NCBI RefSeq assembly: GCF_009914755.1
Contig: NC_060941.1
Length of the DNA: 64,000 nt
From: the human T2T-CHM13v2.0 reference genome, Homo sapiens
Reading direction: 5' to 3' (one strand)
Below, piece by piece: positions 21,884 through 39,634 of this stretch. A program made the position numbers and the translations under genes. The notes under the pieces are model-generated. The model was not told where the DNA came from and did no database searches. It worked only from the letters and a program-made list of their open reading frames with translations. The first letter of the stretch is position 1; each line of letters opens with the position of its first letter.

Positions 21884-23595
21884 GGCCCAGAGCGGCAGAG
21901 GGACCCACCCAGATCGCCTGGCGCCAGAGAGATGCCGTCTCAGGCCAAGGCCTCCCTGGCCTCTGTTCTGTCCACTCTCCCCGAAGGGCAGGCTTGGTGG
22001 AGAAGAGGCTGATGAGAGGGCCCGAGAGCCCCTCCGATTTGCAGGGGTGGGGGGCAAGGAGCTGAGCGATCCAGATGTACCCCTCTGCCCCCTCCCTTGT
22101 TCTCAAGCCTGCTAGGTACTTTTCACTGAGCACTTCCGGGAAGAGCAGGCACCCAGATCTCTGTCCTTGTCCTGGCACAGGCTGCTGCTGCTTCCGGCCC
22201 CCGACCCTTCCTCTCTGCAGCAACCCGGGGGAGGTATGCCACTGTGAGTGCCCTGGTGGGCACACTGAGCTGGCAGAGATGGAAGTCCCAGAAGGGTGGG
22301 GTGGGGGTGTCATGCCATGGTGGAGGAGTTTGGGGCCACTCCTTGCCTGCCTCAAAGGGGGCCTGGCTGAGGGTGCTTCTTGACCACAGGGGCCAGGGCT
22401 GCCTAGGGTGGCGCAGGGCTGGGCCTGGAGTTTGGGATGCAGGCTTGTTAAACACAGGGCAGAACCCCAGGTTGGGAGGGGCTCAGCTTGCAGGCCCAGG
22501 CCCGCAGGCCCACTGCTGGTCCCAGGGTGAGACAGGTGAGAAGAGGGATGGCCAGCACACACTTGAGTCCCCTTGGGCCACAAAGGCTGGGGCACGCCCA
22601 CCGTTATGCAGATGGACAGTTGAGGTGGCTGCAGGAGAAGGGTTCCCAGGGCCTGTACAACACGTGGAAGCACTAAACGGCCCCGTTTGGGGTTTGGGGG
22701 CCCTTCCCGAGTCTTGAGAGGTCTTGAGAGGTGTGCTGGGGAAGGTGGCAGCCTCTTGTAGCTTGATCTTCCTCCACCCTGCCCCACCCCTAGGTCTCTT
22801 TATTGATTCAAAGGTTAAGGAAGCTCCTGGGGGCTTGAGGGGGTGGCACAGTTTTGGTGGGGCCCAGTGAGGACAAATCTGGGGGGTGAGCAGGGCCTCC
22901 TCTTCCTCCTGGTGTTTGAACGTTTACCATTCCATGTGGGACCATTGTGCCAATTTGTCCTTACGTAAATCACTTGTGCTGTGTGCAGTATAAGCCTTTT
23001 ATTTTTCTTAGAACTTTTCAAAATAGGTAACACATGCCTGTCTGTCATAAACAGTACAAACGTGAGCAAACACTGTCACCAGCTGTGCGCGTGTCTGTCT
23101 GTCCATCCAGAGGTGTTCTGAGAGCGTGTGTGCACGTGTGTGTGTGTCCACTGTGAAGTCATCTGTAGACATACAAGCCTACTTCTTATTCCCAGATCAG
23201 CACAGGGAGTGGGGAGGGGGGCCTGGGTCTCCGTTTTGGAAACGGGGGCTGGCTTCGTGGGCATGTCCTCTCAGCTTGGGAGGAAAGGTGTGGCGGACTC
23301 TTCCTCTCCTCCTCCTGGCCCCCAACTTCTGCTGATGAGGCTTCTCCTGGGGGTTTGCTGGGAAGCCAGGGATGTGAGCCTAACTTCAGGCCTCTCACGG
23401 CAGATGTGCTTGGGCTCTGGGGATAGGACACTGGGGAAGACACACCGGGGAGGGGCTGCTGGGACCACCAGAGTTCCCGGAGAGTGTGTGTGGTGGGGAG
23501 GGTGTGCTGCTTGACCCTTCCCTTCCAGAACAGAGCTGCCCACCTTGCCTCCACGTGTTCTGGGGCGTGTGGAACTTAGCCAGGCCAGGTAACTT

Positions 23596-23848
23596 CTTCA
23601 CTCTCTCATTGGCCAGCCACATCCCTCACCCTCTGGTTGGTTAGTGGACTCCCTCACGCTCTGATTGGCTAGTCAACTCCTTCACTCTGACTGGCCAGCC
23701 ACATCCCTCACCCTCTGATTGGCTAGTTGACTCCACTCTGGCCAGTTGATGCCCCACACTCTCTGATTGGCCAGTCAGTGTTCCTTACCCTCTGAATGGC
23801 CAGTTAACTCCCTCACTCTCTGGCTAGTCTCCACAGTGATTGGCCCAA
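23596..23848. repeat. Diverged ~26-bp minisatellite with repeated CTGATTGG (inverted CCAAT) cores
   Basis: About 10 units of ctccctcacyctctgattggcyagt. Confidence 0.85.
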
Positions 23849-24599
23849 GGGTTCTGTCTGTGTTCATGGTTCTCTGAGTGTCAGGCTTTGCAGCTGTGAT
23901 TAAGAGGCGGATGAGTGCCTCCCAGGGAAGAGACAGTGCATGGTTCAAGGTCACCCAGAATAGACAACATGACATCAGGCTCAAATGGTGCTGCGTCGTT
24001 TACAGCAAGAGGAGAGAGCCTGTGCACCAAAACCGCTTGCAATGGTGGTTCCCACGGTGGGATCCACTGGCCCACGTGGGCCTCTTTCTTCAATTTTTTC
24101 TTAGAATTTTTCAAAATAGGTAACACGTGCCCTTGTGCCACAAATAGCACAAAGGCGAGTAAACACTGTCACCAGCTGTGCGCACGTCTGTCCATCCAGA
24201 GGTGTTCTGTGTGTGTGTGAGCAAGCGTGTGCACGTGCCAGAAACAAGCCCTGACTCAGAGGCCCTTCCCCCAGCATCGAAGGCGCTTGCTCCTCTCGCC
24301 ACAGCAAAGCCCCTTCTCCAGGGATGGCCCAGCTCCGCCAGGTCCTGGGCCCACTGGCATCCCACTCGGGCATGTTTATCTGCACCACCTGGTAGGTGCC
24401 CCTGCCAGGGGCCTGACCTCTGTGAGGACAGGGGCCTCTCATCAGCTCAGGCCCTAGGCCCAACCAGCATTTATAAATGCAGTAGGCAGCCCGCAAGAGA
24501 GCCCCCATCTGTCCTCATCTCCTGGTGCTCACCCCTCTGTAGGCCTTACCACACTGAGTCAGCGCTGACTTGGGTGTCAAGTAGGAAGTACCAGCGTGT

Positions 24600-30114
<5,515 letters not shown>

Positions 30115-30121
30115 TGAGTAA

Positions 30122-30127
30122 TTTATT
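30122..30127 (-). terminator. THA1P: Candidate THA1P poly(A) signal (AATAAA on -)
   Basis: TTTATT about 450 nt past the ancestral stop codon. Confidence 0.5.
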
Positions 30128-30581
30128 TTCTAAAAAGGAAAATACGTATTAGAGGACCACAAGATAAAATGGAAATCCCTCACCACGGCAGTTAAAGCCC
30201 TGACCATCAAGTTCCCATGTCCCTTTCTGCTTCCTTCTGACGTTTCCCTTCCTGAACTCAGGAAGCTGTAACTGGCCACGTGGCCCTGAAGAAAGGGCTC
30301 CTCTCTGACCTAGAGCGAAGGCCTGCCCCGCTGCCTCCCGAGCTCTGGTGACGGGAGCTGGAAGGGTGTCCTTCCTGTCCCTACACCCTGTCCCAGACAC
30401 TGGAGGAATTCAGTGTGTGCTGACAAGCATGGGGGAGGTCCTAACCCTGAGTGTTGTGGGGGTGAAGGGGACCAAAGAGCCCCAGGAGCAGGTAACACCT
30501 CCTCTGCTGCCTGCTTGCTGGGAACACCTCCACTCCCTGCTTCCACCCCAGCCCGGGCACAGGGTCCCGGTCACTCCGTCC

Positions 30582-30837
30582 TCAGGACTCCAACGGCCTC
30601 AGCACAAACTCCCACTTCCTCAGCACCAGTTCAGTGTCCTACACCGAGACGTCGCGGTGCCACACGGAAGCACGGACTGCTCTGTCCATAGGAACAGTGG
30701 CACGCACGCCACGTGGCCAGTGTGGGCCAGCTCATCAGCACTCACGGCCCGCAACCCAGCCATGCTCACCACCACCATGTTCGTCTCCACGAAGGTGGGA
30801 TCAACTGAGCAGACGGACAACACCAGCTCCTGGAGTC
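30582..30837 (-). pseudogene. THA1P: THA1P exon 7 with a 1-nt deletion (~30669) and in-frame TAG (30639-30641)
   Basis: gcccag|GA; VETNMV...WTEQSV then frame-shifted VWHRDVSV*DTELVLRKWEFVLRPLES*. Confidence 0.9.
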
Positions 30838-31374
30838 CTGGGCCAGGTCCTGAGGTGAGCAGAGGTGACCCCAGGCCCTGACCCTGACCCCATTGCCAGC
30901 AAGGTCACCCGGGAGGCAGGGGGCAGTTCGGTCACGGTAGGAGAAGGAAGGGCCCTGTGTCCTGACTTGGCCTTTGCAGTCACACAGACTGGGCTCTGCT
31001 GCGTTTAGCTATGTGATCTCAGACAAACCTATTGACCTCTCTGGGCCTCTGTTTCCTCATTGTGAAGTAGGGACATCATGGGATTGTTGGAGGACTCAGT
31101 GAGCAGATGGAAGACCCAGGTTAGAGGCTCTGCCAGACTCTGCAGAGCATCACAATCCTGGCCGTCCACCGAGGGCTTCCCCAGGCTGGACTCTGCGCTG
31201 AGTAGGGTCTGCTGAAGCAGCTGGTGCCCTGGGTCCCGCCCTAGTGACTCAATGGCCACCCTGAGTCCCAGGATCCAGAAGCCTGCAGGCCTGCTGGGGG
31301 ACCCCCGACGGCACAGCTCAGGCCAAGTCAGAGGAAGCACAGGGAAGCGAGGGTGGGGCGTCCTGTCCAGGCAC

Positions 31375-31567
31375 CTTGGGTGAATCTCTGGGCGTTCCCA
31401 TGGTCTTGCCACAGTGCCTGCTTTGTGTCAACCAGTCCCACCAGGGCCACCGCAGCCAGCATCCCCACCTGGTGCATGCTTCCACCCAGGGCTTTTTGGA
31501 GGCGCCAGGCTTCTTCAATGAAGTCCTTGGGCCTCCCAGCCAGGGACCCCACTGGGGCGCCCAGGCC
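31375..31567 (-). pseudogene. THA1P: THA1P exon 6 (GLGAPVGSLAG...DHGNAQRFTQ)
   Basis: ctcccag|GGC ... CAAG|GTGCC; 193 nt. Confidence 0.92.
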
Positions 31568-31773
31568 CTGGGAGGTGGAGAGGAGAGACTCCTGCCAGCT
31601 CACATCCCTGTCCTTGGGCCAGGGTGGGGACAGATGCGTAGCCCCATCTGCAGAGGTGTTAAAGGGGAACCTGGGGCCAGCTGCCAGGGATGGAGCTCAG
31701 GAATCCAACCCTGCCTCCTGCTGGGGCGCCCCACCCCACCTGTCTGTGGGAGGCCAGCCCAGGGCTTTCCCAC

Positions 31774-31911
31774 CTTGGAGAGGCAGAAAGACACAGAGTC
31801 ACAGTGCTCCACAATGTAGGTGGGCGGGACATGCAGGGCCAGCACCACGTTCATCAGCTGGGCCCTGTCCAGGTGGACCCAGGCCCCATAGGTCTGGGCC
31901 AGGAGGTGCAC
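31774..31911 (-). pseudogene. THA1P: THA1P exon 5, ending at the PLP-lysine codon (…HCDSVSFCLSK)
   Basis: cccag|GTG ... AAG|GTGGG; 138 nt. Confidence 0.92.
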
Positions 31912-32692
31912 CTGGGGGTGAGGTGCAGGCAGAGTCAGAGGGGCCAGGCCTGAGGGAGGCATAGAGGGAGGAGGGTCCTGGGCTTAGCTGCCTGAGGAAT
32001 CAGGAGGGATCAGGAGACCTGGCTGGTGACTGGCTCTGGTGATCTGGGACCCAAGCAGTCAGGCTGTGCTGCCTAAGCCTCCATGCTGGGCTCTGGGAGG
32101 ATCTGGGGGTGCACATTTAACCCAGCTTTGTCGCACACTGAGCATGGGCCAAACGACCGTGGGCCAAGGGTAAATGTGTGTCACCTCATTTAGGCTGCAC
32201 AACAACTCGAGGGAGACGCCGCTGCTCCCATTTCACAGGCAAGGAACGCAAGGCTTGGAGAGTTAGGCTGCTGCCTAACTAGTGTCTGGTAAACAGCAGA
32301 GCTCAGACACTGCGGCCTCCTCACCTCGCACGTGGGTGGCAAGGACCAGGTGGAGGGCACTCACACGAGCTTGTTCCTGCAGCCTCATGGGGCACACGTT
32401 TCTGCGCCAGGGCAGCAGGTCCTGGTGCTGCTCTGGGACTCAGCTCTGGGGACTTGGGGGTGGGGGCATCTCTGCTGTTGGGCTGGTGCAGGGACTAGGG
32501 GCCCTGACCTGGGGTAATAATTCCCTTTGTGTCTCAGCCTAGGACCACACATGTGTCCTTCCTGTGACAGGTCTGGCCGCTGATGGGTGCCCATGGCATA
32601 AATCAGAGGGGACTGAACCCCAGGATGGGCCAGGGGCACAGGAAGCCAGGATCAGGCTGGTGGGGGGCACACAGTGGTGGGGCTGGGCCTAC

Positions 32693-32877
32693 CTGGCGTA
32701 GGTAGTTGATGGGGAGGATCCGGACCCCCGAGATGCTGTGTGAGTTCTCCAGGCAAATGAGCTCGCAGACCTGGTGGTAGGGACTCTGGAGGCCCCGCGT
32801 GATCATCCTCTCCAGCTCAGCCAGTCCAGAGTGCAGTGGGGCAGCTCTGGGAGGGAGTGGGAGTGCACTCCAGCCCT
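32693..32877 (-). pseudogene. THA1P: THA1P exon 4 with a 1-nt deletion at ~32823
   Basis: cacag|AGG ... CAG|GTAGG; 185 nt between phase-0 introns; homology switches frame after TLD. Confidence 0.92.
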
Positions 32878-33129
32878 CTGTGGGTCAGGAAGAGGATGAG
32901 GGCTGAGGGGTCCAGGGGCACCTCTTGGCGGAGTGGGGGGCTCCTCTGGAGTAAGGAGCCAGACCCTGAGTCCTGTGTCTGCTCCCCCGAGGCCTGGGCC
33001 TTGGAGCCTTTCCTCTGTTCTGTGCATCTAGACAGACGTCCCAGCTGGGGGGCACTGGGCCCCTCCCCTATTAACTCTTCAGATGCTGCTGTCTGGCTCC
33101 CGTCGGGAGCGCGGGAGTGCTCCGAGTGT

Positions 33130-33143
33130 CCACTAGAGGGCAC
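33130..33143 (+). promoter_or_regulatory. CTCF-consensus motif CCACTAGAGGGCAC
   Basis: Match to CCASYAGRKGGCRS. Confidence 0.55.
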
Positions 33144-33407
33144 CAGGCACCAAGCACCGCCCAGGTGTCTGCCCGGCAAGCCTGGGGCCAGCCCCAGCCG
33201 CTGCCGCCCCCACGTGGCAAATCTGGGGCTCTGCTCTCCTTCCTTCCTCCCCTGGAGAGGCTGCCATCCCAGCCAGCTTCTCCATGGCTGTCCCTTTCTC
33301 CCCTCCGCAGGTCCCAGCCTGGTGCCTGGGAAGGGGGTTTGCCCCTGAGCAGCCTGTGCTGGCTGGAGGATGCCCAGGGCCCCAGGTGAGCAATGCCTGC
33401 TCCTTAC

Positions 33408-33496
33408 CTGAGCCACCCCACCCTGCTCATAGACGTGGAGGTGGCACTCCTGCCCAAGGAGGAGCTGGGAGCCCCGGCGCCAGCAGTGACACATCA
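33408..33496 (-). pseudogene. THA1P: THA1P exon 3 (VMCHCWRRGSQLLLGQECHLHVYEQGGVAQ)
   Basis: tctcag|TG ... CAG|GTAAGG; 89 nt. Confidence 0.92.
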
Positions 33497-34204
33497 CTGA
33501 GACAGAAGGAGGGCAGGTCTTGGCATTGAGTCTGGAGGCATGTGGCCCTGTTCAGCGTGGCTAGGCTGAGCCCTAAGGCTACAGTCAACTCACAAATGCC
33601 TGAGGCCGGCAAGGAAACAGCACCTTCAAGACACCTCAGTGCTACGTGCCAGAAGACCATCCCATTAAACACACAAGTCTAGGATAGCTGTGCTGCGCTG
33701 GGAATCGCTGGGCCACACCCAGCCTGCACACCTGCGCCTGGAGGCCCCTCCACAGAGCATCGCCTGCTGGAGAAGCTGCTGCAATGCTGCTTCTTGGTGG
33801 ACACGCAGCCGAGGCACCTGCAGTCGTCAGACCCTGGCAGGAAACAGACGGCACACACACACTGGGAAACTGGCAGTGTTTAATCATGGGACGGTTTATA
33901 GAGGGGAGGCAGGAGCAGGGAAGCCCGGAGAACAGGCCTGAGGGGTGAGAGGAAGGTGTGGCTGCAGGAACCCGGAGCCAGGGCTATGTGGAGAGGTCCC
34001 TGACGCTGGCCCAGAGGCCCTGGGGACCCTCGGAAGAGGAGCTAGGGAGGAGCAGACCTGCAGCCCCCACTGTCCTCCTCCCCCATCTCCTTCCAGGGCT
34101 CCCCACCAACCCAACAGAAATGGAGGAATGTGGTCCATGAGTGTCAGAGCCCCCCCATATGCACTGAGGACCTGCTAGGCAGACAGAAGTCGCCCTGCGC
34201 TCAC

Positions 34205-34288
34205 CAGAGATGAGGTTGGCCATAGTGTTGGAGGGCACAAAGAGGGTGCGCCCCAGCCCTAGCAGCTCCACAGCCATTTCTTGCAGCT
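34205..34288 (-). pseudogene. THA1P: THA1P exon 2 (ELQEMAVELLGLGRTLFVPSNTMANLIS)
   Basis: ccgcag|AG ... TCTG|GTGAG; 84 nt. Confidence 0.92.
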
Positions 34289-35719
34289 CTGCGGAGGGAC
34301 AGGGAAGCCGCTGTGCTTGCACACTCGGGTGTCAGCACCGTCCATGCTGCTTTCCCTGTGTCACTTGGGCCAGAGCACGCCCTGAGCCCAGGTGAGGCCC
34401 CTAGCCCGAGGCTCCGGTGAGCAGCTGAGTGGGTTTGGAGCCCCATCCACCAGCTGCACACTCTGTGGGCTTAGCAACCACACATCCAGCCCCACAGGGC
34501 CCTCAGTCAACTCTGCACCCCACCTACCCTGGGCCATGGCCTCTCCCCGCTCCCCCCAAGAACCTCTCTTGTGGTTTGAACCTGTCCCCGGCAGACCTCA
34601 CACCTGTCTCACTTCCTTTCCCCTCAGCCCTTTGCAGGTGGGGCCTGTGGTTTCTCTGCTGACTTCCTTTCCTCGTCAGGAGGGATGAGTGGGGGGCTGG
34701 ACGGGGTGTGAGGGTGCAGCTGGAGGGTGAGGAAGGCTCCCGCTCTTGCTGTAAAGCCCACTGTGGTCCCCCCAACTGTGGCATCAAGTCCTTAGCATGA
34801 CACTCAGGGCTGGAGTGACCTGGCCTCTGCCCCCCCTCCTCAGAGCCTCCTGCACTCTCCACACCTGCCACATCCCCACCTGCGCCCTGAAGACCTTTCT
34901 CACCAGTCTGCTTCTGCTCCTGAAGACCCCTGCCCTGTGAGCCGGCGCTCCCTTCCCTGCCTGGGATGCTTCCACTCAGCCTGCAGGAGGGCTCCTCTGT
35001 GAAGCCCCCTTCCCCGTGAGCCACAGCCTCGCCCCATCCTCTGCTTCCCAGGGCACCCTCTCTAGACTCCCATCAACTCAAGCGCCTCCCCAGCCTCTCC
35101 TTGAGCGGCAGTGACTTGTTGACATGTGAGGCTGCCTGGGAGCATGGAGATCAGCATCTCCAGCAACGCTGGGCAGCAGCTGGATACATGCTTAGCCCCA
35201 GCCATCCCTTAACCCCTTAGCAGACGGGCCCTCGGGATTCAACTGGTGACCCCATGGCTTGTCCTGGCCTAGCTGAGGGGTGTGCACACCCCAACAGTCA
35301 AAGTGGTTCACTATGGCAACTCACAACCCAGGGCTGGGGCTGGGGGTCGCTGTACCCTGGAGACACTCCCTAGGTTATTAGAACCCACTCCTTGCGAGGT
35401 GCAGCCTGTAGAACCTGCCCCTTTCTACATCTATTTTCCATTTGCCTTCTGTGGGGGAAGGCAGTGCAGGAGAACAGTTGTGGGTTTCAGAGTCAGAAGA
35501 CCCGGGTTCAAACCTTGGTTCTGCCATTTACTAAGTATGGGGCCTGGAGCGCCTCCCTCCACATCTCAGAACCCTCCTCTGCAAGACTGGACATCACCCA
35601 TCTCAGGGGGCAGCTGGGTGACAATGCAGGACACACACAACCACCTGGTGAGCCTATAGAAATGCAGGTTCTTCTCGGCAGGCCATGTGAATCTGCATTT
35701 CTTTTATTTATTTATTTTT

Positions 35720-36020
<301 letters not shown>

Positions 36021-36100
36021 GGAATCTGCATTTCTAACTTTCAGGTAACAGCAGCACGCACGCAGACGGCAAGCCTATCCTGTGGCAGGTGTTCATTACA

Positions 36101-36230
36101 CCCATTTATGTCGGAGGTTGCAATTTTTTGAATTTTTGCCATCAGACCTTGGCGATGACCTTGAGCAGTAGGACATAAATACCTCCCAGATGCTTAGCGT
36201 TCCAATAATGGAACACTAGGCATAAATGGG
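36101..36230 (-). mobile_element. MER85 non-autonomous piggyBac (PGBD3-family) MITE
   Basis: TIRs CCCATTTATG...CATAAATGGG; internal palindrome GTTCCAATAATGGAAC (36199-36214); body matches the recalled MER85 consensus. Confidence 0.88.
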
Positions 36231-36259
36231 TTTTAAGCGCCAAGGGAGCCACTTCCCCT

Positions 36260-37128
<869 letters not shown>

Positions 37129-39558
37129 TGATCCACCCGACTTGACCTCCCAAATTGCTGGGATTACAGGCGTGAGCCACTGCACCCAGCCCTGGGCGAG
37201 CTTTTATAACACAGACGCTCATGTGGCACTTGCCATGTGCCAGGCTCTGCCCCAGGCCCTTTGCAAATGTTAGCTCAGTTAAACCTCCCAACGACTCTAG
37301 GAGACAAGCACTATTGCTATCCCTGTCTTGCAGATGGGGAACAGGAGACGCGGAGCTAACGGACAGCTGGAGGCCACTTGGGTAGGAATTGGTCCGGGCG
37401 GGGTACCGCTGTCTCCAGAGGGCAGCCCTAAATCACTGTTTCATGCTGCCCCTAAAACACAGCTTCCCTCGTTTACCATCTTCAGTATTGATTTGTTGAG
37501 CAAGTTCGGTGCGCCAGGCAGTGTCCAGGTGTCCAGGTGCCAGGCTGGGGGACAGGGCTATGTCTCCAGCCGGGTTCCAGTCTAAGGGGAGACCGCTAAA
37601 AGAATGCGTGGGGAGCCCCTCCTCCATAGGCCCCTGCCCCTGGGTGGACTGCCTCCATGGGGGCAGGGTGGTGCTGAAGTTCAAGCCAGCTGTGTGGCCT
37701 TGGACAAGCCATGTAGCTTCTTTGTGCCTCGGTTTCCTCAACTGCAGATTGGGCTGTTGTGAGCATTCAGTGACTGGATATGTGTTTGGTGCTGACCCCA
37801 ATGCCTGGCTTGCTGTAAGCTCAGGGTGGTCACCCCACTGTGGCTGTTTTTTAATTTTTTAAGACAGGGTCTCACTCTATCCCCCAAGCTGGAGTGCAGT
37901 GGTGTGATTACAGCTCAGTGCATTCTTGACTTCCTGGGCTTGGGTGAACCTCCCACCTCAGCCTCCCAAGTAGTTGGGACTACAGGCAAGTGCTACTATG
38001 CCTGGCTAATCTTTCTGTGTTTTTCGTAGAGACAAGGTCTTGCTGTGTTGCTCAGGCTGGTCTCAAGCTCCTGAGCCCAAGTGATTCTCCCTCAGCCCCA
38101 CAAAGTGCTGGGATTACAGGCGTGAGCCATCACGACCTGCCCAGCTGTGGCTGTTATTATCATTGTCGTTACTGATCCCAGCTTGGAACTCTGAGGGCCC
38201 GGGGGCTTTGGGGTGAACTCTGACACAGTCTAGACTGTGGGGTGCCCTTCCCCCACACAGGGAGCACAGGCACCCATTGCCACTCAGCGGCTCCTCTTCC
38301 TCTTTCTGTCCCCCATAGGAGAAAGATCCAGGAGGGGCCACAGCTGCTGGGCCAAGCGTCTGGTGAGGGTGGCCCTTGGTGAGGAGGACACCCATCCTAG
38401 ATCAGTCATGGCCAGGCCTTTACCACAGGCCAGCTCCAGGTCAGGCCTGGGGACTTAGGGCGAGCAGAGGTGGCCTGCCCTCCAGAGCTCAGGTCCCAGG
38501 GGTGGGGGACAAGATGCTGGCCGTGAGAGGATGGCAGCGAGGAAGCAGCTCTAACAGTCCCAGTCCAGGCAGCAGGGCAGGCTTTTTGGAGGAAGCAGTG
38601 ATTAGGCTGAGCTTCGAAGATGGAGCCGACTTTGGACAGAGGGATAGCAGGGGTGAAGCCTCTGGGTAGAGAGGAGCTGCTGCGTTTGTGGCCCTGAGGG
38701 CCAGCGTGGCTGGGGAAGTGAGCAGGGGTGGGGATGGAGCCCAAAAGCTACATCCGGGGCCTGATGACCTCTCAGGGGCTCTCCATCTCTCTTCCTTCAG
38801 CTTGGTGGGAATTGTAAGTACCCGCAGGGTCAGTGGTCCCAAGGACACCCATGTGATGGACAGGCTTGCTGCCTTCCCCTCCCCAGAGCCCTTCTGGGCC
38901 TGACCCACAATCTGCACCAAATTCCTGCCCTTAGAAAACAAGCCCCTTATCTCATTGTCTGGCTCCAGACCTTCTGCTGGGAAGTAGGGGGCGGGGAACG
39001 GAGGCCTCTGTGGGAAGGAAAGGAGGTGGTCTGGCGGGGCAGGGACTGGGGGCAGGGATAGCAGCGCTCAGGGGAGAAGGGGGACAAACAAATGGACCCC
39101 CGGCCCCTCGAGCTATGGCAGAATCACAGAATGGCCTCCTGTTTGCCAAGCTTCGCAGTCTGCAAAGCCTGCCCTCTGCAGCTTCCCTGCCAATGGTCCC
39201 AGCGGCTTTGCAGTGGAAGGATGGGCAGGGAGGCTGGGGTCACAGAGGCCCGAGGACCCTGCCCGAGAGGCACAGCTGGTCACCCAACAGGGCCTTTCTC
39301 CCTTTCTCCCAAATCAGAGCTGTCTCCCCAGATAGGTGGCCTCTCCCTGGGGGAACCTGGGGCAGAACAGTTTCCTTCTTCTGGGTCCTCCTATCTAGTC
39401 CCCGGGTCACCTGGGCCAGCCCTGCCTTGTCCCAGTGGGGTCTGACAGTGTGGAGGAGCAAGAAGGGTGGGCTCTCACACGGAAAGGTGCAGTGAGGCCT
39501 GTGGCAGGTGGACCCCATGACCCCAGCTTGGCCTCTGGGGGGTTGTCTGGGCTCCTAC

Positions 39559-39634
39559 ATGTGTGTGTGTGCATGCGTGTGTACATGGGTGTGTGTGTGT
39601 GTGTGCATGTGTGTGTGCGCACGTGTGTGTGTGT
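39559..39634. repeat. Degenerate (TG)n repeat
   Basis: atgtgtgtgtgtgcatgcgtgtg... Confidence 0.85.

Noticed and set aside
21849-22787. 312-aa minus-strand ORF over the TMEM235 3'UTR
   Set aside because: No domain or splice support; low-complexity composition typical of GC-rich UTR antisense frames
36101-36230. Structured small-RNA gene (hairpin-like segment)
   Set aside because: Better explained as a MER85 MITE with TIRs
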